Shown piece after piece: positions 13,803 through 24,404 of a stretch of 64,000 nucleotides of DNA (position 1 is the first letter of the stretch; each line of letters begins with the position of its first letter). Origin of the DNA: Candidatus Krumholzibacteriia bacterium. GTDB lineage: Bacteria > Krumholzibacteriota > Krumholzibacteriia > JAJRXK01. The stretch lies in the NCBI GenBank assembly GCA_041484665.1, contig JBGPIA010000005.1, positions 179,342 to 243,341 of the forward strand, in the 5' to 3' direction. The notes below the pieces were generated by a model. That model made no database searches, was not told the origin of the DNA, and saw only the letters and a list, made by a program, of their open reading frames with translations. The position numbers and the translations under genes are program-made.

Positions 13803-15218
13803 CTAGTCATAGGTGCGGTGCGTGATGACCGTGGTCTCGCCGGCGCGGATCTCCACGCGCTGGAAGGTCGCCGTCTGCGCCACGGCCCCGTCGCCGTCGA
13901 GCACCTCGACCACGACGCTGTGCACGCCCGCGGGCAGGCGCATGCGCGCCAGATGGATGCGGTCGGGCAAGAGCGTCCAGCTGCGCGTGTCGGCGCGCTC
14001 GGTCGCCGCGGCGAACACATTGGCGAGAAAGCCGGCGGCCTCGCCCTGCTTCTTGGCTTGCTTGGTCAGTGCGTACTTGGCGATCGCCCGGGCAATCGTC
14101 TTCAGCAGGCGGGTGCCCTGCCCCTCCTCGAAGGTGAGCCGTGCGACCGCCGAGACGTCCTCGGCCAGTACGGTCTCGCTGGCCCGCTCGCCCACGCGCA
14201 GCCGCGCGCCGACCAGGCGGCTGGGCGTCTGGACCAACTCCGGCATCGCTACCACCAGCCAGTAGTCCAGCTCCACCGTGTCGAGATCGATGAGCAAGGC
14301 ACCCCGATGGCCGCGCGTCGCCACGGAGGAGAACAGCTGATCGCTGCTCTTGTCCCGGTCGGTCTTCAGGATGGGGAACTGCAGCTGCTGCTCCTCGAAG
14401 TGGGCAACGAAGCCGCTCTCGTAAACCAGCAACAGCTCGCCCTCGCCCGAGCACAGCGGGAGAGCCTCCAGCGAGTCCACCCCGCCCTTGGCGGTGAGCT
14501 CGGCCGCCTCGTCGCCGAAGCCGAACGCGCGCGCCCAACGCGCGTGGTCGGCGAGCAGCTGCGGGGGTGCCGGTATCCCCCACAGCGAATCGTACTCGCC
14601 GTAGGCCGCCTGGGCGCGGCGGGCGGCCACCAGGGCCGCGTTGCCGTCGCCGTCCTGCGCGTACAGCATCCCGGCGATCCATTCCACGCAGGCGTCGTCG
14701 GTGTACCCTTTCTTGTTCGCGCGCAGGTCCTCGAGCACCTGCAGGCGCTGGCCGACCCGCCGGCACTCCACCAGCGCGTCGTCGGTCTCGTCCAACGCCA
14801 GGTAGTTCAGCGCGCCGTATAGGTGCAGGAGCACCTGCTCGTGCGGGTAGCCGCTGTAGGCCAGCTTGCCATCGTTGGTGAGGAACGCGGCTACGCCGCG
14901 GCTGACGCTCTTGGTGTAGAGGTCGTCGATCTTCTGCTCGGCGAGCTGCAGGGCCTGGTTGCTGGGCTCGAACTGGCCGTCGTAGTGCAGCAGCAGCCCG
15001 CGCTCGAGCAGGTTGAGAACGTCGGGGTCCTTGCCCCCGCGCTCCTTCAGCAGCTCGAGCGCGCCGGCCAGGTCGCCGGTGGCCACCTTGCCGCGCACCT
15101 GCTTGGCTCCGGTGGCGTACGTGGCGCACCCGTTCAGGCACGCGGGCGCGCAGGCGAGCGCGAGCAACAGGAGGGCGCGGGGACGCGAGCCGCCCGCGCG
15201 CCCGTGCGCCGGGATCAT
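13803..15218 (-). CDS. COG3014-like lipoprotein
   Basis: Lipobox LNGC; YSGYPHE..YGALNYL..DDALVECRR; TERADTRSWTLLP; coupled to an LpoB-like gene. Confidence 0.75.
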   Translation of the reverse strand: MIPAHGRAGGSRPRALLLLALACAPACLNGCATYATGAKQVRGKVATGDLAGALELLKERGGKDPDVLNLLERGLLLHYDGQFEPSNQALQLAEQKIDDLYTKSVSRGVAAFLTNDGKLAYSGYPHEQVLLHLYGALNYLALDETDDALVECRRVGQRLQVLEDLRANKKGYTDDACVEWIAGMLYAQDGDGNAALVAARRAQAAYGEYDSLWGIPAPPQLLADHARWARAFGFGDEAAELTAKGGVDSLEALPLCSGEGELLLVYESGFVAHFEEQQLQFPILKTDRDKSSDQLFSSVATRGHRGALLIDLDTVELDYWLVVAMPELVQTPSRLVGARLRVGERASETVLAEDVSAVARLTFEEGQGTRLLKTIARAIAKYALTKQAKKQGEAAGFLANVFAAATERADTRSWTLLPDRIHLARMRLPAGVHSVVVEVLDGDGAVAQTATFQRVEIRAGETTVITHRTYD

Positions 15219-15228
15219 CGCGACGGCT

Positions 15229-15870
15229 CTACGGCTTGTACTTCCCGCGGGCGATGTACTTCTTGATCTTCTTGTCGCCGATCCAGGCTTTCTCGTTGGT
15301 CTGGATGTCGATCAGCTCGAGGTTGGTCTGGTAGAACACGACCTTCTTGCCGCCCTCCTCGTCCTCGATGGCGTTGATCGTGCCCATCAGCATGTAGTCG
15401 GCGCCCTTCTCCTTGCCGAACTTCTTGACCGTCTCGGGATCGGAGAAGTCGGCCTGGTCCGTGCGCTCGGCGCGCACGTCGCCCCGCTCCGTCGAGCTGG
15501 CGACCACACCCACCAGGCCGCTGTTCACGAAGGCCTGCTCGAGGTCCTTGGTGAAGGCCTCGGCGGCGATGTGCTCGGCGCTGCGATTCTTCACCGTGCC
15601 CACGATTACAACGGGCTTCTTGCCCGCTCGGGCGGCGTCGAAGCGCGCCAGCCACGGCCGGTTGAGGCTGTCCTTGATCATCTCCTGCGAGACCATCTGC
15701 GAGTCGGTGTCGTTCCAGCGCCCACTGAGATCGACCTGGGTGTTGGTGTCGAGGCGGGTGACTTGCTTGCCTGCGCTGCAGCCAGCGAGCGTGGCCGCCA
15801 GCGCCACGCCCAGGCCGCACAGGACGAGATTCCGGGGATTCCGTCGGCGCGCGCCTTGCGCGAACATCAC
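15229..15870 (-). CDS. penicillin-binding protein activator LpoB-like lipoprotein
   Basis: RBS ggaggt; lipobox LAGC; DLSGRWNDTDS, KNRSAEHI, GADYML.G.I, FYQTNLEL. Confidence 0.8.
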   Translation of the reverse strand: MMFAQGARRRNPRNLVLCGLGVALAATLAGCSAGKQVTRLDTNTQVDLSGRWNDTDSQMVSQEMIKDSLNRPWLARFDAARAGKKPVVIVGTVKNRSAEHIAAEAFTKDLEQAFVNSGLVGVVASSTERGDVRAERTDQADFSDPETVKKFGKEKGADYMLMGTINAIEDEEGGKKVVFYQTNLELIDIQTNEKAWIGDKKIKKYIARGKYKP

Positions 15871-16120
15871 GCGATACCTCCAAGGAGTCGGGTGCTCAGA
15901 CCGGGTCCCCCCGCTGCGCCCGCCGCGATGGACGCAGGGGCCGGATCGGGCGCGTCGGGCGCGCACGCCCGGGTCCGAGCCGGACGTCCAGCGGGGCGAC
16001 GGCCGGGAGACTAGCGCACACCCCCGGTTGCGACAAGCAAGGGCCTGTGGTACAAGGCGGACGACCGCCGCCGCGGCCCGCGGCTGGGCGTCGACCCCGC
16101 AGCAAAGGAGCGGTCCGACC

Positions 16121-16909
16121 ATGGGCGTCGATCTCGAAAACGTCCGCTTCGCCGTCGCCGACGGCATCGCCACCGCCACCATCGACCGGCCCAAGGTGCT
16201 CAACGCCCTCGACCGCCGTACGCTGGCGGAGCTGAGCGAGGTCGTCGACCGCGTGCGCACCGACTCCGCCGCGCGTGTGCTGATCCTCACCGGCGCCGGG
16301 GAGAAGGCCTTCGTCGCCGGGGCGGACATCAAGGAGCTCGCCTCCAACTCGCCGATCGAGAGCAACGAGCACGCGAGGATGGGGCAGGCCCTGATGGACC
16401 GCCTGGAGGGCCTGGGGAAACCTTCGATCGCGGCGATCAACGGGTTTGCCCTGGGCGGTGGCCTGGAGCTGGCGCTGGCCTGCACGATCCGCATCGCCTC
16501 GCGCAACGCCAAGCTGGGGCTGCCCGAGATCACCCTGGGGGTGATCCCCGGATTCGGCGGCACGCAGCGCCTGCCCCGCGTGGTGGGCAAGGGGCGCGCG
16601 CTCCACATGATCCTCTCCGGTGCGCCCATCGATGCCCAGACGGCGCTGGGCTACGGGCTCGTCTCGCAGGTGACCGAACCGGAGCAGCTGATGAACGCGG
16701 CGCGCGAGCTGGCGGCGAAGCTGGCGGGCTACAGCGCCTTTACGCTGCGCTTGGCCGAGGAGACCGTCCGCCTGGGCGGCGAGATGTCGTTGCAGCAGGG
16801 GCTCGCGTACGAGGCGTCACAGTTCGGGCTGGCGACTGCCGCGCAGGACTACCGGGAGGGCATGGGGGCGTTCCTGGAGAAGCGCAAGCCCGCCTTCAAG
16901 GGGCGCTGA
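16121..16909 (+). CDS. enoyl-CoA hydratase/crotonase
   Basis: KAFVAGADI, GFALGGGLELA, LPEITLGVIPGFGGTQRL, AFLEKRKPAFKG; RBS aaggag. Confidence 0.92.
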   Translation: MGVDLENVRFAVADGIATATIDRPKVLNALDRRTLAELSEVVDRVRTDSAARVLILTGAGEKAFVAGADIKELASNSPIESNEHARMGQALMDRLEGLGKPSIAAINGFALGGGLELALACTIRIASRNAKLGLPEITLGVIPGFGGTQRLPRVVGKGRALHMILSGAPIDAQTALGYGLVSQVTEPEQLMNAARELAAKLAGYSAFTLRLAEETVRLGGEMSLQQGLAYEASQFGLATAAQDYREGMGAFLEKRKPAFKGR

Positions 16910-17093
16910 GGCCCGGGCGCGCGAGGCGGCGACGCGCGCACCCGGACAGCGCGCTCCCTTGCGCGCGCGCACGTGGTGCGCTTTCCCTGCCGCTCAACGC
17001 AGAGGCCCTGGTCCGTGCGAACCAGGGCCTGCGTGTCGCCCTTCTCAACCCGTATCCGTCGACACCGATGCCGGCCGGGGGACCCGAGCGGAG

Positions 17094-17450
17094 CTACTGC
17101 GTCCCGCTCGTCCCCCTGGCCTGCGGTTGGGCCTGTGATGGGGGCTGTGATTGGGCCTGAGCTTGCTGCGCGGCAGCCTGCTGCCTGCAGCACCCTGGGG
17201 CCGGGAGTCCGCCTGCTGTGCGCGGGCAGCCTTGCGCCTGCAAAGCGCCAGCCTGGTCCTTGCAAGCGGCTTGTGCCTGCATGTAGGGGCACGCACCAGC
17301 ATCCGCCGGTGCGGTTGGGGAGGAGGTCAGGGGGTTGACCGCCGCAGCCGACTGCGACGAATTCGAGGCGGGAACAGGTGGAACCGTGCTTGCGGCGAAG
17401 GCGAATCCGACGAGAACCAAAGCCGCCAGCGCTACGATCAGACCTCGCAT
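17094..17450 (-). CDS. small secreted Cys/Gln-rich hypothetical protein
   Basis: RBS ggaggt; signal peptide MRGLIVALAALVLVGFAFA; ACPYM..AC..GCP..GCC; Gln-rich tail. Confidence 0.6.
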   Translation of the reverse strand: MRGLIVALAALVLVGFAFAASTVPPVPASNSSQSAAAVNPLTSSPTAPADAGACPYMQAQAACKDQAGALQAQGCPRTAGGLPAPGCCRQQAAAQQAQAQSQPPSQAQPQARGTSGTQ

Positions 17451-17837
17451 GCAGACCTCCCCTTGCTGTGGGCCGGGCCAAACCAAGGAAGTGGGGCGGA
17501 CCCGGGCAAGTCGAAAGTGCGAAGTACTCATGATCCACGGAGGAGCGCCCCGCCGTCGCCGCGCCGTTGCCGCGCTGCCCCGCCGTTGCCGCGCGGCCGC
17601 CCCGCCTCCGCGCCGCCCCGTCACCGCGCCGCGCCGACGCGGGGCCAGCGCACGGACTGCCCGCGGATTGCGGCCTCGCGGCAATTGCCCGATACTCACC
17701 GCGCGCGAGCGGATGCGGGGTCGACGCCGGGGCGGTGGCTACGCGCCCGGCACGTTCACGCGTCCACGGCGCGGCCCAGCGGCAGCGTCACGATCGCATC
17801 ACAGTTCCAGAGCATCGCAGGACGTGAGGAGATCGCA

Positions 17838-19052
17838 GTGGAACGCATCTTCATCCTGGGCGGCGCGCGCACCCCGATGGCCGAGTGGGCCGGCGGCAAG
17901 ACCGGCACCGGCAAGCCCGGCGGGGCGTTCAACGACATCAGCGCCATCGATCTCGGGGCGCACGCGGCCAAGGCGGCGCTGCGACGCAGCGGGACCGACG
18001 CCGCGGCGATCGACCATGTCGTCTTCGGGAACGCGCTGCAGACCAGCCCGGATGCGATCTACGGCGCCCGCCACGTGGGGCTCAAGGCCGGCGTGCCCAA
18101 GGAGAAGCCCGCGCTCACGATCAACCGGCTGTGCGGCTCGGGGATCGAGGCCGTGGTGCAGGCGGCGCACCTGATCCGCCTGGGCGAGGCGCGGCGGGTG
18201 CTGGCCGGGGGAATGGAGAACCTGTCGCAGGCGCCGTTTCTGATCCGCGGCGCGCGCCAGGGCATCAAGCTGGGGCAAGGCAAGCTCGAGGACTCCCTCA
18301 TGGCCTCGCTCATGGACAGCTACTGCAACAGCTATATGGCGATCACGGCCGAGAACCTCGCGCGTGACTTCGGCATCGGGCGCCGCGAGCAGGACGAGTT
18401 CGCGCTGCGCAGCTTCAACCGCGCCGAAGCGGCGATCAAGGCCGGCGTGTTCGCGCAGGAGATCGAGCCGGTCGAGCTCAAGGGTCGCAAGGGTGAGATG
18501 ACCCTGTTCAAGGACGACGACCACTTCTTCGTGAACTGCACGCTCGACGGCCTGGCGGCTCTGCATCCGGCATTCGCCAAGGACGGCTTCGTGACGGCCG
18601 GCAACGCCAGCGGCATCGTCGACGGAGCGGCGGCCGTCGTCGTGGTGGGCGAGAGCGTCCTCAAGGAGACGGGCGCCACCCCGCTGGCCGAGGTCCTTGC
18701 CCACGCGGTGGTCGGCGTGGAGCCCAGCCGCATGGGCATCGGCCCCGTACCCGCGATCCGGCTGGCGGTGGAGAAGGCCAAGCTCTCGCTCGGTCAGATC
18801 GACCGCTTTGAGATCAACGAGGCGTTCGCCGCACAATACCTCGCCGTCGAGCAAGAGCTGAAGCTCGACCGCGAGAAGGTGAACGTGAACGGCGGCGCGA
18901 TCGCGATCGGCCATCCGCTGGCGGCGACGGGCACGCGACTGCTGCTGACCCTCGCGCTGGAGTTGCGGCGCAAGAAGCTCGGCTACGGCGTGGCGAGCGC
19001 GTGCATCGGTGGCGGGCAGGGGATTGCAATGGTGCTGCGGGCAGCCGCGTAG
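17838..19052 (+). CDS. thiolase (acetyl-CoA C-acyltransferase), second copy
   Basis: RBS gaggag + GTG; NRLCGSG, TAGNASGIVDGA, EINEAFAAQ, GHPLAATG, ACIGGGQG. Confidence 0.93.
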   Translation: MERIFILGGARTPMAEWAGGKTGTGKPGGAFNDISAIDLGAHAAKAALRRSGTDAAAIDHVVFGNALQTSPDAIYGARHVGLKAGVPKEKPALTINRLCGSGIEAVVQAAHLIRLGEARRVLAGGMENLSQAPFLIRGARQGIKLGQGKLEDSLMASLMDSYCNSYMAITAENLARDFGIGRREQDEFALRSFNRAEAAIKAGVFAQEIEPVELKGRKGEMTLFKDDDHFFVNCTLDGLAALHPAFAKDGFVTAGNASGIVDGAAAVVVVGESVLKETGATPLAEVLAHAVVGVEPSRMGIGPVPAIRLAVEKAKLSLGQIDRFEINEAFAAQYLAVEQELKLDREKVNVNGGAIAIGHPLAATGTRLLLTLALELRRKKLGYGVASACIGGGQGIAMVLRAAA

Positions 19053-19161
19053 CTGCGAACCGCTCCGACGGGCACGGCCCACCGGACGCGCTGGGGTCGA
19101 CGCTCGATCCTCTGCGAACCCTGCCCCGCAACCCTAGCCCCGCGAGTCGCCGCGATAAGGT

Positions 19162-19626
19162 CTAGGCGGCGCCCTTGTGATGGGGCGGCACCTTGACCGT
19201 GAGCACCGGGCACGGCGCCTGGCGCACGACCCGCTCGGTCACGCTGCCCAGCAACAGATGGGTCAGCCCGGTGTGCCCGTGCGTGGCCATGACGATCAAG
19301 TCGATCTGGTGCTCCTTGGCGTAGCGGGCGATCTCGCCTGCGGGACTGCCCTGGCCGGTCGCCGTCACATTCCTTGGACCGTCCAGCGCGGTGTCGTGCA
19401 CGAGCTTGGCCAGCCCCTCCTTGAGCGCTGCCTCTCGCTTCTGCTGCATCTCAGGGTAGTTCACGGTCACCCATGCGAAGTCGGCGGGCTGCAGCACGGG
19501 CTCCATGATATGGAGCACGTGGATCTGGGCCTTGAAGGTGTCTGCCAGCTGCTTGACGTACGGAACCGCCACGCGGCTCGCGTCCGAGAAGTCGGTGGGA
19601 AAGAGGATCTTCTGAAAGGCGGGCAT
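19162..19626 (-). CDS. universal stress protein
   Basis: KILFPTDFS..DLIVMATHGHTG..LLGSVTERVVRQAPCPVLTV. Confidence 0.93.
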   Translation of the reverse strand: MPAFQKILFPTDFSDASRVAVPYVKQLADTFKAQIHVLHIMEPVLQPADFAWVTVNYPEMQQKREAALKEGLAKLVHDTALDGPRNVTATGQGSPAGEIARYAKEHQIDLIVMATHGHTGLTHLLLGSVTERVVRQAPCPVLTVKVPPHHKGAA

Positions 19627-19866
19627 GATCGAGCACCTCCAGGGGGTCCGCTGGTTCTGCCACGCCCCAGCTGGGTACGATGCCCGGTGGTGGGCCCAGC
19701 CCAAGGTGCGGCCTGGCGTCCCGCTGGAACAATAGGAAATCGGGCCGGCGACTTCAACTGCGCGCGGGCCGCGCACAGGGGTTGGCGGAAGGCATCCCCC
19801 GCGCTACCCTGGACGCCGCTCACCGGCGAGCCGCCGGTCGGCGCCCAAACATCACGGAGGCAGGCG

Positions 19867-20919
19867 TTGTCCAGCAAGCGCATCGGAGTGGTCCGCGGAG
19901 ATGGCATCGGGCCCGAGGTGGTGGAGGAGGGGCTGCGCGTCCTGCGGCACGTGGCCGAGCGCACGGGCTTCAGCTACGAGATCATCGAGTACCCCTGGAG
20001 CGCCGAGCATTATCTCGCCACCGGCGAGACGATGCCCGAGTCGGTGCTCGCGGAGTACCGCGAGCTCGACGCGATCCTGCTGGGCGCCATCGGCGACCCG
20101 CGCGTGGAGACCGGCAAGCTGGAGGCCGCCATCATCGGCGGCATCCGCTGGAAGCTCGACATGTACCTCAACCTGCGGCCGGTCAAGCTCTACCACGCCG
20201 ACCTCTGCCCGCTGAAGGACAAGCGGCCCGCGGACATCGACATGGTGTTCGTGCGCGAGAACACCGAGGGCCTCTACTGCCAGATCGCGGGCTTCTTCAA
20301 GCAGGGCACGCCTGACGAGATCTCCACCCAGGAGATGATCAACACGCGCAAGGGCGTGGAGCGCGCGGTGCGCTACGCCTTCGAGCTCGCGCGCAAGCGG
20401 CCGCGCCGCAAGCTCACCCTCATCGACAAGGCGAACGCTCTGCGCTCGCAGGACCTGTGGACGCGCACCTTCGAGGAGGTGGGCCGCGAGTACGAGGACG
20501 TCACCCGCGAGCACGCCTACATCGACGCCGCCTGCATGTGGATGGTGAAGAACCCGGAGTGGTTCGACGTCGCGGTCGTGGACAACATGCTCGGCGACAT
20601 CATCACCGACATCGGGGCCATGATCCAGGGCGGTCTGGGGATCGCGGCCTCGGGCAACATCCATCCCGGGCAGGTGAGCATGTTCGAGCCGATCCATGGG
20701 TCGGCTCCCAAGTACAAGGGGCAGGGCAAGGCCTGCCCGGTGGCGGCCATCTCGGCGGTGGGGATGATGCTCGATTTCCTGGGCGAGGCCCGCGGCGCGC
20801 AGATGGTCGAGGGCTCGATCGGGCGCGCACTGGGCGAAGGCCGCATCCGCAGCCTGAGCGCGGACGGCGGGCTCAAGACCCACGAGTACACCGACGTGCT
20901 GCTGAAGGGAATGCAGTAA
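19867..20919 (+). CDS. leuB: 3-isopropylmalate/isocitrate-family beta-decarboxylating dehydrogenase
   Basis: GDGIGPEV, NLRPVKL, VRENTEGLY, DKAN, DNMLGDIITD, FEPIHGSAP; TTG start with RBS ggagg; substrate not provable. Confidence 0.75.
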   Translation: MSSKRIGVVRGDGIGPEVVEEGLRVLRHVAERTGFSYEIIEYPWSAEHYLATGETMPESVLAEYRELDAILLGAIGDPRVETGKLEAAIIGGIRWKLDMYLNLRPVKLYHADLCPLKDKRPADIDMVFVRENTEGLYCQIAGFFKQGTPDEISTQEMINTRKGVERAVRYAFELARKRPRRKLTLIDKANALRSQDLWTRTFEEVGREYEDVTREHAYIDAACMWMVKNPEWFDVAVVDNMLGDIITDIGAMIQGGLGIAASGNIHPGQVSMFEPIHGSAPKYKGQGKACPVAAISAVGMMLDFLGEARGAQMVEGSIGRALGEGRIRSLSADGGLKTHEYTDVLLKGMQ

Positions 20920-21055
20920 CGGCCGCAAGGCAGCCCGCGCCGCGAAGCAGCTGCCAGGCGGCGCGCGGAGAGCCGCCGATCGCACGCCCCGGCCAGCGCG
21001 CAGGGCCACAGCTCGCACGCCCCGGGCGTCGCGTCCGGGCGTCGCGCGGCGGCGC

Positions 21056-24000
21056 CTAGGAGCTCGACTGCAGCTGGGCCAGCAGCTTGCGCGCGTCTTG
21101 CGCGGGCGCGAACCCCGCGTCGGCCCCGGCCCACACCGACAGCGCGCGCTGGACCTGATCGCGCGCCCCCGCGCGATCGCCTTTCTGTTGCAGCAAGAGC
21201 GCCATGGCGACGTTGGTGCGCGGATCGAAGGGGTCCAGCGCCAGGCTCTTCTGCAGCAGATCCGTCGCCGGGTCGAGCTCGCCCAGCGCGCGATAGCAGA
21301 TCCCGGCGTAGCGCATGGCATCGCTGTTGGCGGGCTCGATCTGCAGCACGCGCTGGTAGTGCGCGATCGCTTCTTTGTAGCTCTCGCGCAGCTCCTGTGC
21401 CCGGCCCGCGCACATGGCGGCCCGTGGCCGCAGCGCCTCCATCTTGAAGGTCTCGATCAAGCGCTCGAAACCGGGCAGATAGGCCAGCGCGCTGTCGCCG
21501 TTTCCCAGCTCGAGGTGGATCCGCAGCCGCCCCGCGGCCACCAGGTCGCGCAGCATGGGCGGCAGCGCGTCGCGCGTCTGCGCCACCTGCCTCCAGGCCT
21601 CGCCCGCGTGACCTGCCGCGGCCAGCAGGTCGAGCGTCATGAGCCGCACGGCTGACAGCTGGGCCGGCGGGTAGACCGCCGGAGCTTCCCGCAGCCACAC
21701 CTCGCGCTCCTTCACCGCGGCCTCGAGCTGGCCCAAGAACCGTAAGTGGTTCATGCGAGCCTCGTGAGCGCTCACGACGTCGACGGGGCTGGTCGAGCCC
21801 CGGATCGCTTCCTGCAGCGCTGCCGTCGCGTCGGCGATGCGGCCGGACCTGCGCAGCAGACGCGCCCGGATGAGCTGCGTCCCGATGTCTCCCGGCTCGA
21901 GCAGCAGCGCCTTCTCCGCATCCGCCAGCGCCGCGTCCAGCTTCCCCATGTCCTCGCGCAGCTCGGCCAGTGAGGAGAACGATCGGGCGTCGGAAGGGGC
22001 CTGCGCGGCGTAGCGCTGGTAGTAGGTCTCGGCCTTGGCGAACTCCCCGATCTGCCGGTAGGTGTCCCCGATGTCGCGCAGCAGGCTGCGTTGGCCCGGA
22101 TCCAGCTCGAGGATGCGCTCGTATTCGGCGATGCTCTCGTGCCGCTGGCCGCGCAAGGCGTAGATGACCGCCAGCTGCCGGTGCGCGAGCGCATCATCTG
22201 GGTGCAGCTGGGCCCACATCTCGCTGACCGCCAGCGCCTTGTCGGGCTCGCGCTTCACGTTGAAGTAGTACGAGGCCTTGATCATGAACTGGGTGGGCTC
22301 GGGCAGCCGGTACATCCCCTTCATCGCGGCCTCCATCGCCGCATCGGTCTTGGCCGGATCCTGCGCGTTGGCATACACGACGAAGCGCGCGAAGTGGGCC
22401 AGCGCGAAGTCGGGATCCAGCTCGACGGCGTGCTCCAGCAATGGGCGGGCGCCCTTGTAGTCGTTGTGCAGCCACAGCGCGACCGAGCCCTCCGTGAAGG
22501 CGCGATAGGCGTCCTCGGAGGAGGTGGTCATCTCGGCAACGGGCAGGTCCCGCTGCTCGGCCAGATGGCCAGCCGGCAGGTCCAGGTCGGCGCGCAGCCG
22601 CAGCGAGACCTGGTCGACCAGCGCGAACAGGGTGGGGGCGTGGAAGCTGCGGGTGGCGACCTCTTGCGCCTGCTCGGTGTCGTGGAGCACGGTCGTGGCC
22701 ACCCATCCGTCCCCCTCGCGCGTGACGCTCCCGGTCACGAAGAACGGCGAGAACAGCTCGGCGGCGATCTTGCGCTGCAGCGCCCGCGGCACGTCCCGGC
22801 CGTCGCCGTGCCCGGCGGCCTGCAGCTTGGCCAAGTAGTGCTCCGGGTGCCACACCGTCACGAACGGATCCTGCTGCAGATCGAGAGCGAGCAGATCGAT
22901 CAGCGCGTACCCCATCCAGTCCTGGCTGGCCTGGCGTGCGGTGTTGTCGAAGGGGAAGACGGTGAGTTGTTTGCGGTAGGCCTTCTTGGGGATCACATGG
23001 AGCGTGGTCTGACCCTGCTCGTCCTTCACGGCGAGCGTCGTCGTCACGCCGCCCAGGTCACGCCCGCGAAACAGCACCAGCAGGACGGCGGCAGCGACGC
23101 ACACGTTCACAGCCCGCAGGCCCCAGCGCGTGCGCGCGCCCCGGCGCGCCCGCGTGCGCGCAGCCTTAGAGGACGACCCTGGTGACGCCGCCGCGCCGCG
23201 CCACCACGCGCCCACCAGCACGGCCGGCGCGAGCAGGGCCAACGCAACGGCCGCCAACTCGGCCCAGGCCGGCGACACCTGCGCCCGCTTCGCGACCACG
23301 CCGATCAGCTGCACGAGCCCGTATCCGCACGCCGCATAGATCAGCGCCGCATGCACGACCTTGCGCCGCCCTAGCTCGCGCAGCAGTCCGGCGGGTTGGG
23401 GCAGTGGCCCCGTCGCCTCGGCCGCCTTCGCCGTCGCCGCCGCCCCCACTCCCGCAACGGAGCCCGCGACGTGAGCCGCCACGGCGCGCAGATCGGCGGC
23501 CAGCTCATCGGCGCGCTGGTAGCGCGCCGAGGGCTCCTTCTCCATACACCGCAGCACGATGCGCTCCAGCTCGGCCGGCACGTCACCGCGCAGCTGCGAC
23601 GGTGGACGCGGCGGCTCGTTGAGGATCTGGTGGATCACCGCCAGGGGCTGCTCGGCCCCATACGGCAGGTGGCCGGTCAGACACTCGTAGAGCACGACTC
23701 CCAGGGCCCACAGGTCGGTGCGCGCGTCGCTGGCCTGCCCCTTGGCCTGCTCGGGGCTCATGTGTGAGATCGTGCCCAGGCTCGTCCCGGGCATCGTCAG
23801 CTGCGACTCCCCCGCGCGGCGCGCCAGGCCGAAGTCGAGCACCTTGATCCCGCCCTCGGGGGTGAGCATGACGTTGCTGGCCTTGATGTCGCGGTGGATG
23901 ATCCCGCGAGCGTGGGCGTGGGCCAGCGCCTGGGCCAGGGCCACGGCGATCTCGAGCACCTGCTCGAGGGGAAGCGGTCCGCGCTGCAGGCGCTTCTGGA

Positions 24001-24277
24001 GGGTCTCGCCCTCGACGTACTCCAGCACCAGGAAGCGACGCCCCTGGTCCTGGTCGACGTCGTAGATCGCGGCGACATGGGGGTGGGACAGCTCGGCGGC
24101 GGCCCGGGCCTCGTTCTCGAAGCGCCGCAAGGCGTCGGCGTCGCGCGCGAGCTCGGGGGCGAGGAACTTGAGCGCTACCTGGCGCCCCAGGCGCGTGTCC
24201 TGCGCCAGGTAGACGTCGCCCATGCCGCCCCGTCCCAGCAGCTTCCCGATGCGGTAGCGCGAGACGGTGTCTTCCAT
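21056..24277 (-). CDS. Ser/Thr protein kinase with transmembrane segments and TPR array
   Basis: LGRGGMG.VY, VALKFL, HRDIKASN, DFGLA; about 3 hydrophobic helices; C-terminal TPR-like repeats. Confidence 0.92.
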   Translation of the reverse strand: MEDTVSRYRIGKLLGRGGMGDVYLAQDTRLGRQVALKFLAPELARDADALRRFENEARAAAELSHPHVAAIYDVDQDQGRRFLVLEYVEGETLQKRLQRGPLPLEQVLEIAVALAQALAHAHARGIIHRDIKASNVMLTPEGGIKVLDFGLARRAGESQLTMPGTSLGTISHMSPEQAKGQASDARTDLWALGVVLYECLTGHLPYGAEQPLAVIHQILNEPPRPPSQLRGDVPAELERIVLRCMEKEPSARYQRADELAADLRAVAAHVAGSVAGVGAAATAKAAEATGPLPQPAGLLRELGRRKVVHAALIYAACGYGLVQLIGVVAKRAQVSPAWAELAAVALALLAPAVLVGAWWRGAAASPGSSSKAARTRARRGARTRWGLRAVNVCVAAAVLLVLFRGRDLGGVTTTLAVKDEQGQTTLHVIPKKAYRKQLTVFPFDNTARQASQDWMGYALIDLLALDLQQDPFVTVWHPEHYLAKLQAAGHGDGRDVPRALQRKIAAELFSPFFVTGSVTREGDGWVATTVLHDTEQAQEVATRSFHAPTLFALVDQVSLRLRADLDLPAGHLAEQRDLPVAEMTTSSEDAYRAFTEGSVALWLHNDYKGARPLLEHAVELDPDFALAHFARFVVYANAQDPAKTDAAMEAAMKGMYRLPEPTQFMIKASYYFNVKREPDKALAVSEMWAQLHPDDALAHRQLAVIYALRGQRHESIAEYERILELDPGQRSLLRDIGDTYRQIGEFAKAETYYQRYAAQAPSDARSFSSLAELREDMGKLDAALADAEKALLLEPGDIGTQLIRARLLRRSGRIADATAALQEAIRGSTSPVDVVSAHEARMNHLRFLGQLEAAVKEREVWLREAPAVYPPAQLSAVRLMTLDLLAAAGHAGEAWRQVAQTRDALPPMLRDLVAAGRLRIHLELGNGDSALAYLPGFERLIETFKMEALRPRAAMCAGRAQELRESYKEAIAHYQRVLQIEPANSDAMRYAGICYRALGELDPATDLLQKSLALDPFDPRTNVAMALLLQQKGDRAGARDQVQRALSVWAGADAGFAPAQDARKLLAQLQSSS

Positions 24278-24404
24278 GACGGGGGCTCCGTGGACGCTTG
24301 GACGATGCACTCGTCGGCGCGGCACGCTGCGCCAAGGCGAGCGAGGTGCGAAGAAGCTACCGCCCCGCGCGCCTTCCGACAACCGGCGCTCGCGCAGCCG
24401 CCGG

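Noticed and set aside
19867..20919. Leucine biosynthesis operon
   Set aside because: No leuA/C/D nearby; the stand-alone dehydrogenase may have another substrate.
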